Shown here: positions 37,591 through 49,447 of the stretch, in pieces
Layout: each line of letters starts with the position of its first letter
How positions within the stretch are numbered: the first letter of the stretch is position 1
Origin: Malacoraja senta
Lineage: Eukaryota
Assembly: GCA_038087875.1 (NCBI GenBank)
Contig: CM075989.1
Coordinates: 22,880,001-22,944,000 of the forward strand
Direction: 5' to 3'
Length of the DNA: 64,000 nt
Notes under the pieces: model-generated
Databases searched by the model: none
The model's input: only the letters and a program-made list of their open reading frames with translations
Told to the model about the DNA's origin: nothing
Position numbers and translations under genes: made by a program

Positions 37591-40500
37591 GGACTAGGTG
37601 AGAGGAGCAAAGCTTAAAGGAGATGTGCAGGGCAGGCTGTTTGCAGAGAAGGAATACAGTCCCAGCCTGCTCAACCTTTCCCTATAGCTCAGGCCCTCGA
37701 GTCCTGGCAACATCCTCATAAACCTTCTCTGCAGCTTGATAACACGGTTCCTCTAACATGGCGTCCAGAACTGAACGCAATACTCTAAATGGAACAAGCA
37801 GCATCTCTGGATGGAAGGAATGAAAATTCAGACAGTAGGGTCCCGACCCGAGACGTCACCCATTCCTTCTATCCAGAAATGCTGCCTGTCCCGCTGAGTT
37901 ACTCCGGCATTTTGTGTCTAAAATCAGCATCTGCAGTTCCTTCCTACACAATACTCTAAATGTGGCCTTACCAATATCCTATACAACTGCAACATGACCT
38001 CCCAACTTCTGTACTCAGTGCAGTAGTTGGTATTCGATACCAGTATTTGATATTTTCATCCTGTGACAATGGTTCTGGCCATCTAACCTTGAAGAAGGGA
38101 AGACACCCATCTCTTTGCCTCCACAGAGGCTGCCTGACCCACAGGACTCTTCCAGCAGTTTTTGTTTCTTGACATTTACACTGCTCTATAATTACCTCTG
38201 CTTTTTAAGCTAGCTGATATCTGGGCAGGTTCACACACCACGATGAGTTATCTTCAGAAGGTAAATAATTGTCCTAATAGCTATAATAATGCAAAAATAT
38301 GTTTTGAAAAATTTCAAAGACAGATTATTAATTTTTAATTTCCTTTTCAAAGACACAATTTGTGCGATCTGCTAATTAGTGGCCTGTCAGAGTGCTTTAA
38401 ATAATTATACCCAGGGTGGTTAGATTGAAAAACAAAATTATAAAATATAATGCTCGCTGCAAAGCCACGGGGATCTTTAATCTTTGAGAACTCTTAAGAT
38501 AATCGAGCATTTGTCATAGGTAAAGCTTTGTAAAATAAGAGAATTGCAAAAGAAGGCGTGAAGCAGCAGCCACAAATAATGAAAGCTTACTTGGATTTTG
38601 TTTGAAATTCTAATTAATACTTAATGTCTGAACAGCATTACTGAACACTGGATCAACACCACCCCCTAGTGTTCACACGCCGACACTGTTTCAGACCATG
38701 GTCAGTCAGCGATAGGCCAGAAGGACTCTCTGCTTCTGGTCCTAGTGAAGCTGCTTTGTTGACCGTTTGTGGAGCTAAACACCTTCAACTTGCACTGGAA
38801 CAGAAAGACGTCCCAAACAAGAAGGGGCGGCACGGTGGCGCAGCGTAGAGTTGCTGTCTCACAGCGCCAGGGACCCGGGTTCGATCCTGACTACGGGTGC
38901 TGTCTGTACGGGGTTTGTACTTTCTCCCCGTGACCACGTGGGTGTTCTCCAGGTGCTCCCACACTCCAGTTTTGCGGGTTAATTGGCTTCTGTAAAAACT
39001 GTAAGTTGTCCCTAGTGTGTAGGATAGTGCGGGTGGATGGGGTGATCGCTGGTCGGCACAGATTCGGTGGGCCGAAGGGCCTGTTTCCACGCCGTTATCA
39101 AGCACATTTGTTCTCAGTTCAACTCCAGGAACTGCAGATGCTGGTTTATACCAAAGTTAGACACAAAGTGTTGGAGTAACTCAGCGGGTCAGGCAACATC
39201 TCTGGAGAAAAAGGATGGGTCATGTTTCGGGTCAGGACCCGACTATCAGTCTGAAGAGTGTCCCAAACTGCAAAGTGACCCATCCTTCTCTCCAGAGGTG
39301 CTGCCTGACCCGCTGAGTTACTCCAGCACTTTGTGTCTATCTTTGGCCACAGACATTGGTGGGATCTCAAGCCAAGGGGGATCATTCTCTTAGCACGTCA
39401 GGCTGCATATGTTGCTGCATAGGAACATTAAAAAAAATAGGTGCAGGAGTAGGCCATTCAGCCCTTCAAGGCAACACCGACATTCAATATGATCATGGCT
39501 GATCATCCAGAATCGGTACTCCGTTCCTGCTTTCTCCCCGTATCCCTCGATTCCGTTAGCCCCAAGAGCTAAATCTTTTGCTTCATCCTTTGCTAATGCT
39601 TTAACCTTGTGTTCAGCTGACATTCTGGTTCCTCCCACCAATCAGGCCCCCACTTCCAGTTGCCTGCTTAATTGCCCACAAGCAGGACTGCAGCGCGTAC
39701 ATCTGGTCTCAGCGCAAGGTAACTCATCGCCAGCATCAAGAGCGTTTAATTGCCACATGTACCGGCAATCGAATGGTGACATTTTCACTTGTTGCAACTT
39801 CACAAGACGGTTCTTGCAATTATACACAGAAATGCACAATGATCAGTAATATAATAAATGTAATAATCAGTGGTTAAATGAATTGCAGGTGGATGGGACA
39901 TGTTGGACAGTGGCAAGTGATAGGTGGACCCAGGCGGGAGGGGGGGGTGGGGGTGGCAGAAGGGTGGACAAAAACTAGAAATGACAAGAAGATAAAGGGT
40001 TGAAAGATAAGAGGCGTGAATTGAGAGGCCGGGGTAATGGATGGAAGTGGAAGGGTTGGGGGGGGGGGGGGGGAGTGGAGATGTGTTAGCGGGACAAATT
40101 CATGCGCATACAGGAGTATACAAGAGAGACTGAAGAAGTCTCTACCCAAAACGTCACGTTTTCCCCCAAGGTACCACCTGCCCTGTTGAGTTACCACAGC
40201 ACTTTGTGTCCTGTTGTGTAAAGCAGCATCTGCAGATCCTGGTTTCTGAGACAGCTGCCTCCTGTTCACATTATGTACAGCACCAAGCGAGATGCAGGAC
40301 CTGCAAAGCCACACAGCCATGCTCCTGAACTATGGTGCAAGTGTGAGAAGTGACTGAGCTCCAGTGAATGAGTCAACAACTTGCATTGACACGGGATATT
40401 TCACACGGCAGAATCTCTCAAGGTGGCACCCACTCACGCTGTTGGCAGGAATCGGACACTGGGCCAGGCAAGGCAATAATGAGAACAGATGTGTAAATGA

Positions 40501-40990
40501 GGAAGATTGGAAGAGTTGCTGAAATTGATGCTGCATGTATTTGTTCATGTTGGTACATGCTTTTGTAATTTCCAGGGTTGCAAGACACAGCATATAATAC
40601 AGCAACGTCCACTTCAGAAACCAGAGCATCATCGCCTGGTCCCCAGTATTGGTACCACTCAACACTGGGGCAGCACGGTGACGCAGCGGTAGAGTTGCTG
40701 ACTTACAACGCCAGAGACCCGGGTTCGATCCTGACCACGGGTGCTGTCTGTGCGGAGTTTGTACGTTCTCCCCGTGGCCGCGTGGGTTTTCTCCGAATGC
40801 TTCCGTTTCCTTCCACACTCCAAAAACGTACAGGTTTGTACATTAACTGGCCTCTGAGTCACACAGAGCTGAAAGAGGCCTTTCACCCAACTTGTCCATG
40901 TCGACCAAGGTGTTCCATCTACATTGGTCCCACCTGCCCAAGTTTGCCCAATATCCCTCTGAACCTGTCCAATTGTCTTTTGCAGAGTTT

Positions 40991-41837
40991 TGGGCGGTTA
41001 CGGTGGCACAGCGGTAGAGTTGCTGCCTCACAGCGAATGCAGCGACAGAGACCCGGGTTCGATTCCGATTACGGGTTCTGTCTGTACGGAGTCTGTGCGT
41101 TCTCCCCCGTGACCTGTGTGGATTTTCTCAGAGATCTTCGTTTTCCTTCCACATTCCAAAGACGTACTGATTTGTAGGTTAATTGGCTTAGTAAATGTAA
41201 AAATTGTCCCTAGTGGGTGTTGGATGGTGTCAATGTGTGGGGATTTCTGGACGGCGCGGACCTGGTGGGCCGAAGGGCCTGTTTCCGTGCTGTATCTCTA
41301 AAACTAAAAAAACAGAGGGTGGTGAATCTCTGGCACTTTCTACTCTGATGGGTAATAGGTGTATCATTTGTAGCATTGAATGGGGAGGCACACAAATGTT
41401 TGGGGGAGAGAGGGGTGTGGAGAAATAGCCCTGAACGACGTAGAATTGGTAGCATTGATTTTCTGTTTTTGCACTATTATCGTTTGTTTGTTCTTAAGAG
41501 TATGTTTAGTTTAACTTTGTTTAGTTTAGAGATACAGTGCGGAAACTGGCCCTTCGGCCCACCGAGTCTGCCCAGCCCATTAACACTATCCCGCACATTA
41601 ACACTGTCCTACACCCACTAGGGACAATTTTTACATTTACCAAGCCAATTAACCGACAAACCTGCACGCCTTTGGAGTGTGGGAGGAAACCGAAGATCTC
41701 GGAGAAAACCCATGCAGGTCACGGGGGGGGGGGAACGTACAAACTCCGTACAGACAGCACCCGTGGTCTGGATCGAACCCGGGTCTCCGGCGCTGCATTC
41801 GCTGTAAGGCAGCAACTCTACCGCCTCGCCACCGTGA
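40991..41837. mobile_element. Tail-to-tail V-SINE pair of one subfamily (plus 40991-41305, minus 41520-41837)
   Basis: Both carry the cagcgaatgcagcg head insertion and the gagatcttcg variant. Confidence 0.82.
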
Positions 41838-42055
41838 CCCACTGAGTTGATCCAGCGTGTTGTGTCCATCTTGGCCACAGTCACCTATTGGTTGGCTTGA
41901 TACATTGGCAACACAGTGTGGCCTTGAAGGTCTGAAGACTCCGCACTAAAGCGTTTTGCTTCCAAACTCGGCTAATAAAACCAGTTTCTTTTATTTTAAA
42001 CATTGGGCTGATGAAAGCATGGGGAAGATGAATGAAAGAGCAAAGCCTTACTTAC

Positions 42056-42094
42056 CTTTGTGGTGGCCCCACGTTTCTTCCTGACATGATTGGA
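42056..42094 (-). CDS. MCTP2: MCTP2 micro-exon (39 nt): SNHVRKKRGATTK, C2A-C2B linker
   Basis: Pyrimidine-rich tract ending ccacag and strong donor AAG|gtaagt. Phase 0/0 fits. Basic peptide resembles the recalled MCTP2 linker. Confidence 0.75.
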
Positions 42095-43539
42095 CTGTGG
42101 AGGCCAAGGGTACACGAGGCGTCACAGGAGGCAGGAGATAGACGGAGGAAAGGAAGAAAGGTAGATGGTTGTTAATGTTTAATTAGCTATTCCTAAAGGC
42201 ACCCAACATACGTGAAAACACTCACCAAAACATGCCTGAGTCTCCATACAGCACAGCCCAGAAGGTGCATGCCTTTTGGCCATCCATCTCTGTGGATCCT
42301 CTCCTCATGAACTGGCTCTTTGATCGTACATTGCAACACGCAAGTCAGAGATGAGCTGAGGTGATACCAAAGGTAGACACAAAATGCTGGAGAAACTCAG
42401 TGGGTGAGGCGGCATCTATGGCGAGAAGGAATTGCCCCCCGAAAGGGTCTCGACCCGAAACAGACTCACAACTCTGTGTGAAAAAGTGTTTCCTCGTCTC
42501 CGTTCTAAATGGCTTACCCCTTATTCTTAAACTGTGGCCGCTGGTTCTGGACTCCCCCAACATCGGGAACATGTTTCCTGCCTCTAGCGTGTTCAAACAT
42601 GTTAAACAATCCAGGTGTTTGAGGGTTAATGACAATAGACAATAGACAATAGGTGCAAGAGTAGGTAGACAAAAATGCTGGAGAAACTAAGCGGGTGCAG
42701 CAGCATCTATGGAGCGAAGCAAATAGGCAATGTTTCGGGCCGAAACGTTGCCTATTTCCTTCGCTCCATAGATGCTGCTGCACCCGCTGCGTTTCTCCGG
42801 CATTTTTGTCTACCTTCGATTTTCCAGCATCTGCAGTTCCTTCTTAAACAGGTGCAGGAGTAGGCCATTCGGCCCTTCGAGCCACCACCACCATTCAATG
42901 TGATCATGGCTGATCATCCCCAATCAGTACCCCGTTCCTGCCTTCTCCCCATATCCCCCGACTCCGCTATTTTTAAGAGCCTTATCTAGCTCTCTCTTGA
43001 AAGCATCCAGAGAACCTGCCTCCACATCAATTAAATTTGATTCCATCTAGGCAGGTCCGACGCAGCGGGGACCACTGCATTATCGCACGGCATTATGCTG
43101 GCGCTGGGGGATGTTATGACTCGGAAACCACAAACATCGACTTACTAACCGCATGACACCGGGAGTGGTCCTGCACGTTAGCTGCACAATTACACATTCT
43201 GGCAGCTCCGTTGAAAAGCATCGAATTTTCTCGCATGACTGATGATAACCGAGTTTATACCCCACATTGTGACAGTCTGCGATCACCCAAAGAATAGCGG
43301 CCTCACCACCTTTATTCAACTACCATCCACCTCATCGATGATCCTCCAACTGCGTTTTGTTTAAGAAAGAACTGCAGATGCTGGAAATATCGCAGGTAGA
43401 CAAAAATGCTGGGGAAACTCAGCGGGTGAGGCAGCATCTATGGAGCGAAGGAATATTCCTTGTCTCCATGGATGCTGCCTCAACCGCTGAGTTTCTCCAG
43501 CATTTTTGTCCACCTCCAATTGTCTTTGATCGGACTTAA

Positions 43540-43780
43540 GATAGACACAAAATGCTGGAGTAACTCAGCGGGACGGGCAGCTTCTCTGGAGAGAAGGAGT
43601 GGGTGACGTTTCAGGTCGAGACCTTTCTTCAGATTGAAGAAGTCAGGTCTGAACAAGGGCCTCGATCTGAAATATCACCCAATCCTTCTCTCTGGAAATG
43701 CTGCCCGTCCCGCTGAGTTACTCCAGCATTTATGACTATCTTTGGTTTAAACCAGCATCTGCAGTTGGTTCCTTCCTACA
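43540..43780. mobile_element. PLE-derived hairpin element (two inverted pseudo-LTR arms)
   Basis: acacaaaatgctggagtaactcagcgg...cttcaga followed by its reverse complement. Similar elements at about 4067, 11112, 29528, 39125, 42662, 43355, 46497 and 63255. Confidence 0.8.
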
Positions 43781-44084
43781 CATTTGATCAGACTTTACTG
43801 ACTTTATCTCGCACTAGACTTTATTCCCTTTATCCTGTATCTGTACCCTGTAAATGGATCGATTGTAATCATGTATTGTCTTTCCGCTGACTGGTTAGCA
43901 CGCAACAAAAGCTTTTCACTTTACCTCGGTACGCGTGACAATAAACTACACTAAGTTGTTCAACAGTAGATTTCCTGCAATGCATCGAGGCTCGACGCGT
44001 GCCCAAGACTCAACAATAATCCTGGGATAGAAAGTCCATTTTCAAAATGCATCCGTGGCTAATTAATAGTCGGGAAATGGAAGT

Positions 44085-44590
44085 AGAAGGAACTGCAGAT
44101 GCTGGTTTACAAAAAAGAAGGCAAAAAGTGCTGGAGTATTTCAGTAGGTCAGGTAGCATCTCTGTGGGGGACATGGTGGGGGATGTTTCAGGTGTGGAAA
44201 CCTTTTTCAGGCTGATGATTGTTGAGCAGGGGGTTGGGGGGGAAAGCAGGAAAGGGGGAATGTTGGGGTTAGCCTGCCAAGCCATAGACAGGTGCACATG
44301 TGGGGAGTGGGAGTTTGATTGCCACATGGACAGACAAAGGCTAGACATGAAAAGGAGACAGGATGATGCGAGATGAAGGGAGAGGAGGAATAAAGTGTGA
44401 TACCAGAGGAAGGGATAGAGGTGGAAGGGGGAAAGGATAGTGGGAGGAATGGGTGTGCCCCTGGGTGGGACACAAGGAACAGAGAAGGGGAAAAAGGTGA
44501 GGGTGGGGATTACCAAAAATTGGAGAATTTGATATTTATACCATTGGGTTGCAAGCTACCCTAACAGAATACAGGGTGCTGTTTCTCCAA
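44085..44590 (-). mobile_element. Older Penelope-like element 3' end
   Basis: pLTR-like start, purine-rich UTR, and degenerate match to the GIY-YIG C-terminus seen at 1334-1420. Confidence 0.65.
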
Positions 44591-45160
44591 TAAGATCATA
44601 AGACTATAAGACAAAGAAGCAGAATTAGGCTATTCATCCCATTGTCTACTCTGCCATTGAACCCCAGCTGACCTAGTTTTCCCTCTCAACCCCATTCTCC
44701 TCCCTTCTTCTTGCAACCTTTGAGATCCTTACCAACCTTTGACGCCCTTACTAATCAAGAGCCTAGTAATCTCTGCCTTCAGAATACCCACTGACTTGGG
44801 TATGAAGGAACTGCAGATGCTGGTTTAAACCAAAGATAGACTTCTTCGGATCTGAAGAAGGGTCTCGACCCGAAACGTCACCCATTCCTTCTCTCCAGAG
44901 ATGCTGCCTGTCCCGCTGAGTTACTCCAGCATTTTGTGTCTATCCCACTGACTTGGCCTCCACCACAATCTGTGGCAATGAACTCCACATTCACAACCCT
45001 CTGACTAAAGAAACTCCTCCTCATCTCCATTCTGAAGGTACGTCCTTTTAGTTTGAGGCTGTCCCGATCTCTCCCACTGCTGGAACCAGCAATGGAAAGA
45101 TACTAATAGTACATAAGTCAACAAATACGAAATGTAGTAGCCTTAGAACCTTTTACTCAC

Positions 45161-45272
45161 CTTCCTGCTACTTTCACATGGCTTGTTGATTAGTTTTAAC
45201 TCCAGGACTATTTCTCCCATATAGTCCTCCAGACTATTTGGATCATCGAGCTGCAACTCTTTCTGCACAGCA
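45161..45272 (-). CDS. MCTP2: MCTP2 coding exon (112 nt): (S)AVQKELQLDDPNSLEDYMGEIVLELKLINKPCESSRK
   Basis: ttctttcag acceptor, gtgagt donor. Phase matches. DPNSLEDxMG is characteristic of MCTP2. Confidence 0.93.
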
Positions 45273-45654
45273 CTGAAAGAAAAACTCCACAATCAAAAAA
45301 TATCTTCCCACTCTCGCACAACTTCTTCTGGTGAACATGTTAGATGTCATTTACCCCCAATCAACGTCAGAAAGGGAAAATTAGAACCATTTTGCTGGCC
45401 ACCGATTAGTACAATATGAACATGGTGCTACACAAGGACACGGCGAGGAATCAGATGGCCATGCTTCAATGGGATTATTTTTAGTTTGACTTCCCAATAC
45501 AGCAGTCCCAAAGGAAAGATGGATACAAAAAGCTGGAGTAACTCAGCGGGTCAGGCAGCATCTCTGGGGAAAAGGAATAGGTGACGTTTCGGGGTCGAAC
45601 CCCTTCTTCAGACTGAGAGTCAGGGGAAAGAGGAACGAGAGATATAGACGGTGA

Positions 45655-46200
45655 TAATTGGAGTACAATTTTGGTCGCCTAATTATAGGAAGGATGTCAA
45701 CAAAATAGAGAGAGTACAGAGGAGATTTACTAGAATGTTGCCTGGGTTTCAGCAACTAAGTTACAGAGAAAGGTTGAACAAGTTAGGTTTTTATTCTTTG
45801 GAGCGCAGAAGGTTAAGAGGGGACTTGATAGAGGTCTTTAAAATTATGAGCGGGTTAGACAGAGTTGACGTGGATAAGCTTTTTCCATTGAGAGTAGGGA
45901 AGATTCAAACAAGGGGATGTGACTTGAGAATTAAGGGACAGAAGTTTAGGGGTAACATTAGGGGGAACTTCTTTACTCAGAGAGTGGTAGCTGTGTGGAA
46001 TGAGCTTCCAGTGGAAGTGGTGGAGGCTGGTTCGATTTTATCCTTTAAAAATAGATTGGATGGGTATATGGACGGGAAAGGAATGGAGGGTTATGGTCTG
46101 AGTGCAGGTAGATGGGACTAGGGGGAAGTATTTTTTTTTTTTTAATTTTAAAATGTTCGGCACGGACTTGAAGGGCCGAGGTGGCCTGTTTCCGTGCTGT
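45655..46200 (+). mobile_element. CR1 LINE ORF2 C-terminus (intact frame) plus UTR
   Basis: Track ORF 45651..46121: VQFWSPNYRKDVNKIERVQRRFTRMLPG...WNELP. Confidence 0.92.
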
Positions 46201-47285
46201 AATGGTTATATGGAGAGATGTATTGAGAGAGAGGAAAATTGCTCTCTCAAGGAACAAATGACGGATAGAGACTTGGGAGTGGCAGCCATACAGCTCTCCC
46301 TGTTGGAGGAACAAGGTTTCTGATTTACCATTAGTCTACTGAGAAGGATCTTATCATTATGACAAGGTCCTCCTCAGCATACTAATGGTGAAGTTGAAAC
46401 CTGATCTTACAATGGAGAGAACTCAATGGAAGATTAATGCGTGGAATTAGGAAAAGGTCATTTGGCCCATTGTACCTGTTAAGTTTTCTTTTGGCTAGCA
46501 CAAAATACTGGATAAACTCAGCATCTCTGGAGAGAAGGAATGGGTGACGTTTCGGGTCGAGACTGACGTCTGAAGAAGGGTCTCAACCCGAAACGTCGCC
46601 CATTCCTTCTCTCCAGGGATGCTGCCTGTCACGCTGAGTTACTCCAGCATTTTGTGTCAACCTTCAATTTAAACCAGCATCTGCAGTTCTTTCCTACACA
46701 AGTTTTTTTTTAAATATATGTGGTATCTTCTCTGTTTCCCAGTATAGAAACCAGACATCACTTAAAAACCTACCACAGGTATGATGGGCCAAATGACCTT
46801 TTCCTAATTCCACATATTCATCTTCTAGTGGCTATAATTTTAGGTAATTGTCTATCACTGCTCGCTTGGAAGCACGGGGTCTAATTGAACCTAAAATCAG
46901 AAGGTTACATCACTCGTCAGCACTTTCACTATTCCACTGTGGGTTTAGTCAATCTATTAACACCGTCTTTTAAAACTTTGGCAAAAGTTTAGCCCAACGT
47001 TAGCTATTTTAGATCTAACAGTTCTAATTCCGGTCTCCATCAAGTTATAATTTATAACCCTTAAATTCTCAAGGCTGGCAAACAATTCTGGGCTTTTAAT
47101 AGCACTCGGTCTCAGATGACAGAGTCGGAGTGCTTTGCATCTTATTTGCTTAGCTTCAATCTGATTTACAGAGCTCAGGTAGTGTGCGTTCAATCATCAA
47201 TCACTCACTCCGTGAAGATAAACACTCTGTAGGTATTATCTGACACGATGGCTGAACGATAGCACAAAGAGTCGAAGTGTATTAC

Positions 47286-47362
47286 CTGTTTATTTCAAGA
47301 TCATTGAGATTGAGATATGCAGAACCCATAAAATCGTCAGTGGCCAAGTCTCGGTCATATAC
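47286..47362 (-). CDS. MCTP2: MCTP2 coding exon (77 nt): VYDRDLATDDFMGSAYLNLNDLEIN
   Basis: cag acceptor, gtaat donor. In frame with the previous exon. C2 loop-3 motif YDxD...DFMG. Confidence 0.95.
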
Positions 47363-47521
47363 CTGTTAGCAGAGAGATTGTCGAATTGTCATTGCCATCA
47401 CAACAAGTTTACTACAAACTAGAGGATAATGTAGAACATTTTTTCTGCTCAAATTTGAAGTGCCAGTTCCTGCACTGTCACATACGTGAGAAGATTTAAT
47501 GTCCCTGCCAGACCACACAGG

Positions 47522-48115
47522 ACCACGGTGGCGCAGCGGTAAAGTTGCTGTCTTATGGGCCTGTCCCACGGGCGATTTTTTAGGCAACTACAGGTGACCA
47601 TATGTTCGCCGGTGGTCGCGGGGAGTCGTCTCCTCAGTCGCACAAAAAGACATAATGTCTTTCGGGTCACCGCTAAATTTTTAACATGTTGAAACATTTT
47701 CGGTGACAGTTTGACGCCAATGAGCGTAGCTCGACTTCTCCTGAATTAGCTGCTGCCGTAGGTTGTCGCCAGGATGACGTAGGTTGTCGCCGGTTTTTCG
47801 GCGACCTGCTACAACTATGACAGTCGCCGGCAGTTGCCCATTACAGCGCCAGAGGCCCAGGTTCGATCCCGACTACAGGTGCTGCCTGCGCGGAGTTTGC
47901 CGTACATTCTCCCTGTGACCTGCGTGGCATTTCTCCAAGTGGAAGAGGTGATAACGAACGAATATTTTTCCCACACTCCAAATTCGCACAGGTTTGTACG
48001 TTAATTGGCTACGGCAAAATTGTAAATTGTCCCGAGTGTGTGGGATAGTGTTAGCGTGCGGGGTGAGCGCTCAGTGGGCCGAAGGGCCTGTTTCCGCACT
48101 GTATCTCTAAAGTCT
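47522..48115 (+). mobile_element. V-SINE interrupted by a MITE
   Basis: Head breaks at gttgctgtc-tta and resumes at tta-cagcgccagag (47841). Confidence 0.82.
47556..47840. mobile_element. Harbinger-like MITE with right TIR mostly deleted
   Basis: Starts tgggcctgtcccac, ends gccca, tta TSD. Interior is reverse-complementary to part of the 2422 MITE. Confidence 0.78.
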
Positions 48116-48386
48116 AAAGAAAATGATTTCATTTAACAAAATGTGATTAGTCGGAAAAAAAAAAAAAGTTGATCAAAACACAAGATGATTTGTCTGGCAT
48201 GGTGGAAGCAGTGTGATGCCCATTCAACATAGTCAAATATAGATTCATAAATCAATCGTTCCAAATGAGATTTGACAAACGTATTACAGCACAGGATGTG
48301 GCCCTTTTACCCATTCCTTGCCAGCAGGGAAACCCCATCAGTCTCGTTCCCTGTTGTCTAATTGCCCTGCAGCCCAGCAGCACTAA

Positions 48387-48959
48387 AAGGCCTGTCCCAC
48401 TTGCCGATTTTTTCGGAGACTGCCGTCATTGTTGACTGACGTATCAGGTCACCGAAAAATACATATTCGCTCGTTATCACCTCTTCCACAGCCAACAATG
48501 GACCATTGTGGGCTCCACCTCTCCTCAGTCTTCGATGCCAGCTCCGATATGTTCTGATCCTTTTCATATCTCTAGTTTCCTTCAGGCTTTCGACCCAAAA
48601 CGTTACCTATTTTTGTGTCTATCTTCGGTGTAAACCAGCATCTGCAGTTCCTTCCTACAGTCTGTCCTCTTTCCAGGTCTCATTGAAACATAGAAAATAG
48701 GTGCAAGAGTCGGCCATTCGGCCCTTCGAGCTAGTACAACCATTCGGTATGATCATGGCTGATCATCCAGAATCAGTTCCCCCCGTTCCTGTCGCGGGGT
48801 AATGCCTGTATGGTCGTGAGTAGTCGCCCAAAGAGTCGTACCTTTTTCTGGTCTCCGCTGGATTTTCAACATGTTTAAAATTTTCGGCGACCTGTTGTAA
48901 CTATGATGGGTGCTGGCAAGTCATGGGAAAAAAAAAATCGTGGAAGTGGGACAGACCCT
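48387..48959. mobile_element. Composite Harbinger-like MITE ends enclosing PLE and CR1 fragments
   Basis: Left end resembles 28231. Right end is the reverse complement of 54282-54441. taa on both flanks. Confidence 0.65.
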
Positions 48960-49038
48960 TAACAAAGCACGACCATTAACCCAAACCGGTGAACTGAACC
49001 CAAACACAGCCAATAAACATGAACAAAGAGCATAATAA

Positions 49039-49240
49039 AGCCCGTCCCACTTTCACGACCTCTGCCGAGTTTACCCTTGACTCATACTCGCAGCATGGTC
49101 GTCACGAGGTCGTAGCTAGGTCATGATGTTAGTCGTAGGTACTCGTGGCATCAAGTAGGTCGGGGCGTTTTTCTAGCCTGATGAAAAAGTCCACGAGTAA
49201 AAAAGGTCATGAATTAGGTCGTGAAAGTGGGACTGGCCCT
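49039..49240. mobile_element. Harbinger-like MITE about 65 nt from the C2A exon donor
   Basis: TIR gtcccactttcacgacct / aggtcgtgaaagtgggac. Confidence 0.78.
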
Positions 49241-49304
49241 TCACAGAATGTGGGAGGAAATCTTGGTAAAACACAAGAAAACATTTTGGCAGGGTTTTCT
49301 TTAC

Positions 49305-49447
49305 CTTGACATAAAGCTTTTGATTTAAGTTCTTGACTGGAACAACAAAGGTTTCATCCCACCGAGGATTCAGGTTTTTATAAACTATCTTGCTCTTGTA
49401 CAAAGTCTTCCCAGCAAGTTTAAACTTGACGTATGGATCACTCGTGC
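49305..49447 (-). CDS. MCTP2: MCTP2 coding exon, C2A domain (143 nt): [48 protein letters not shown]
   Basis: Acceptor ttttttcactttcag, donor gtaa. C2 motifs SDPYV and NLNPxWDE. Closely resembles vertebrate MCTP2 C2A as recalled. Confidence 0.95.
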
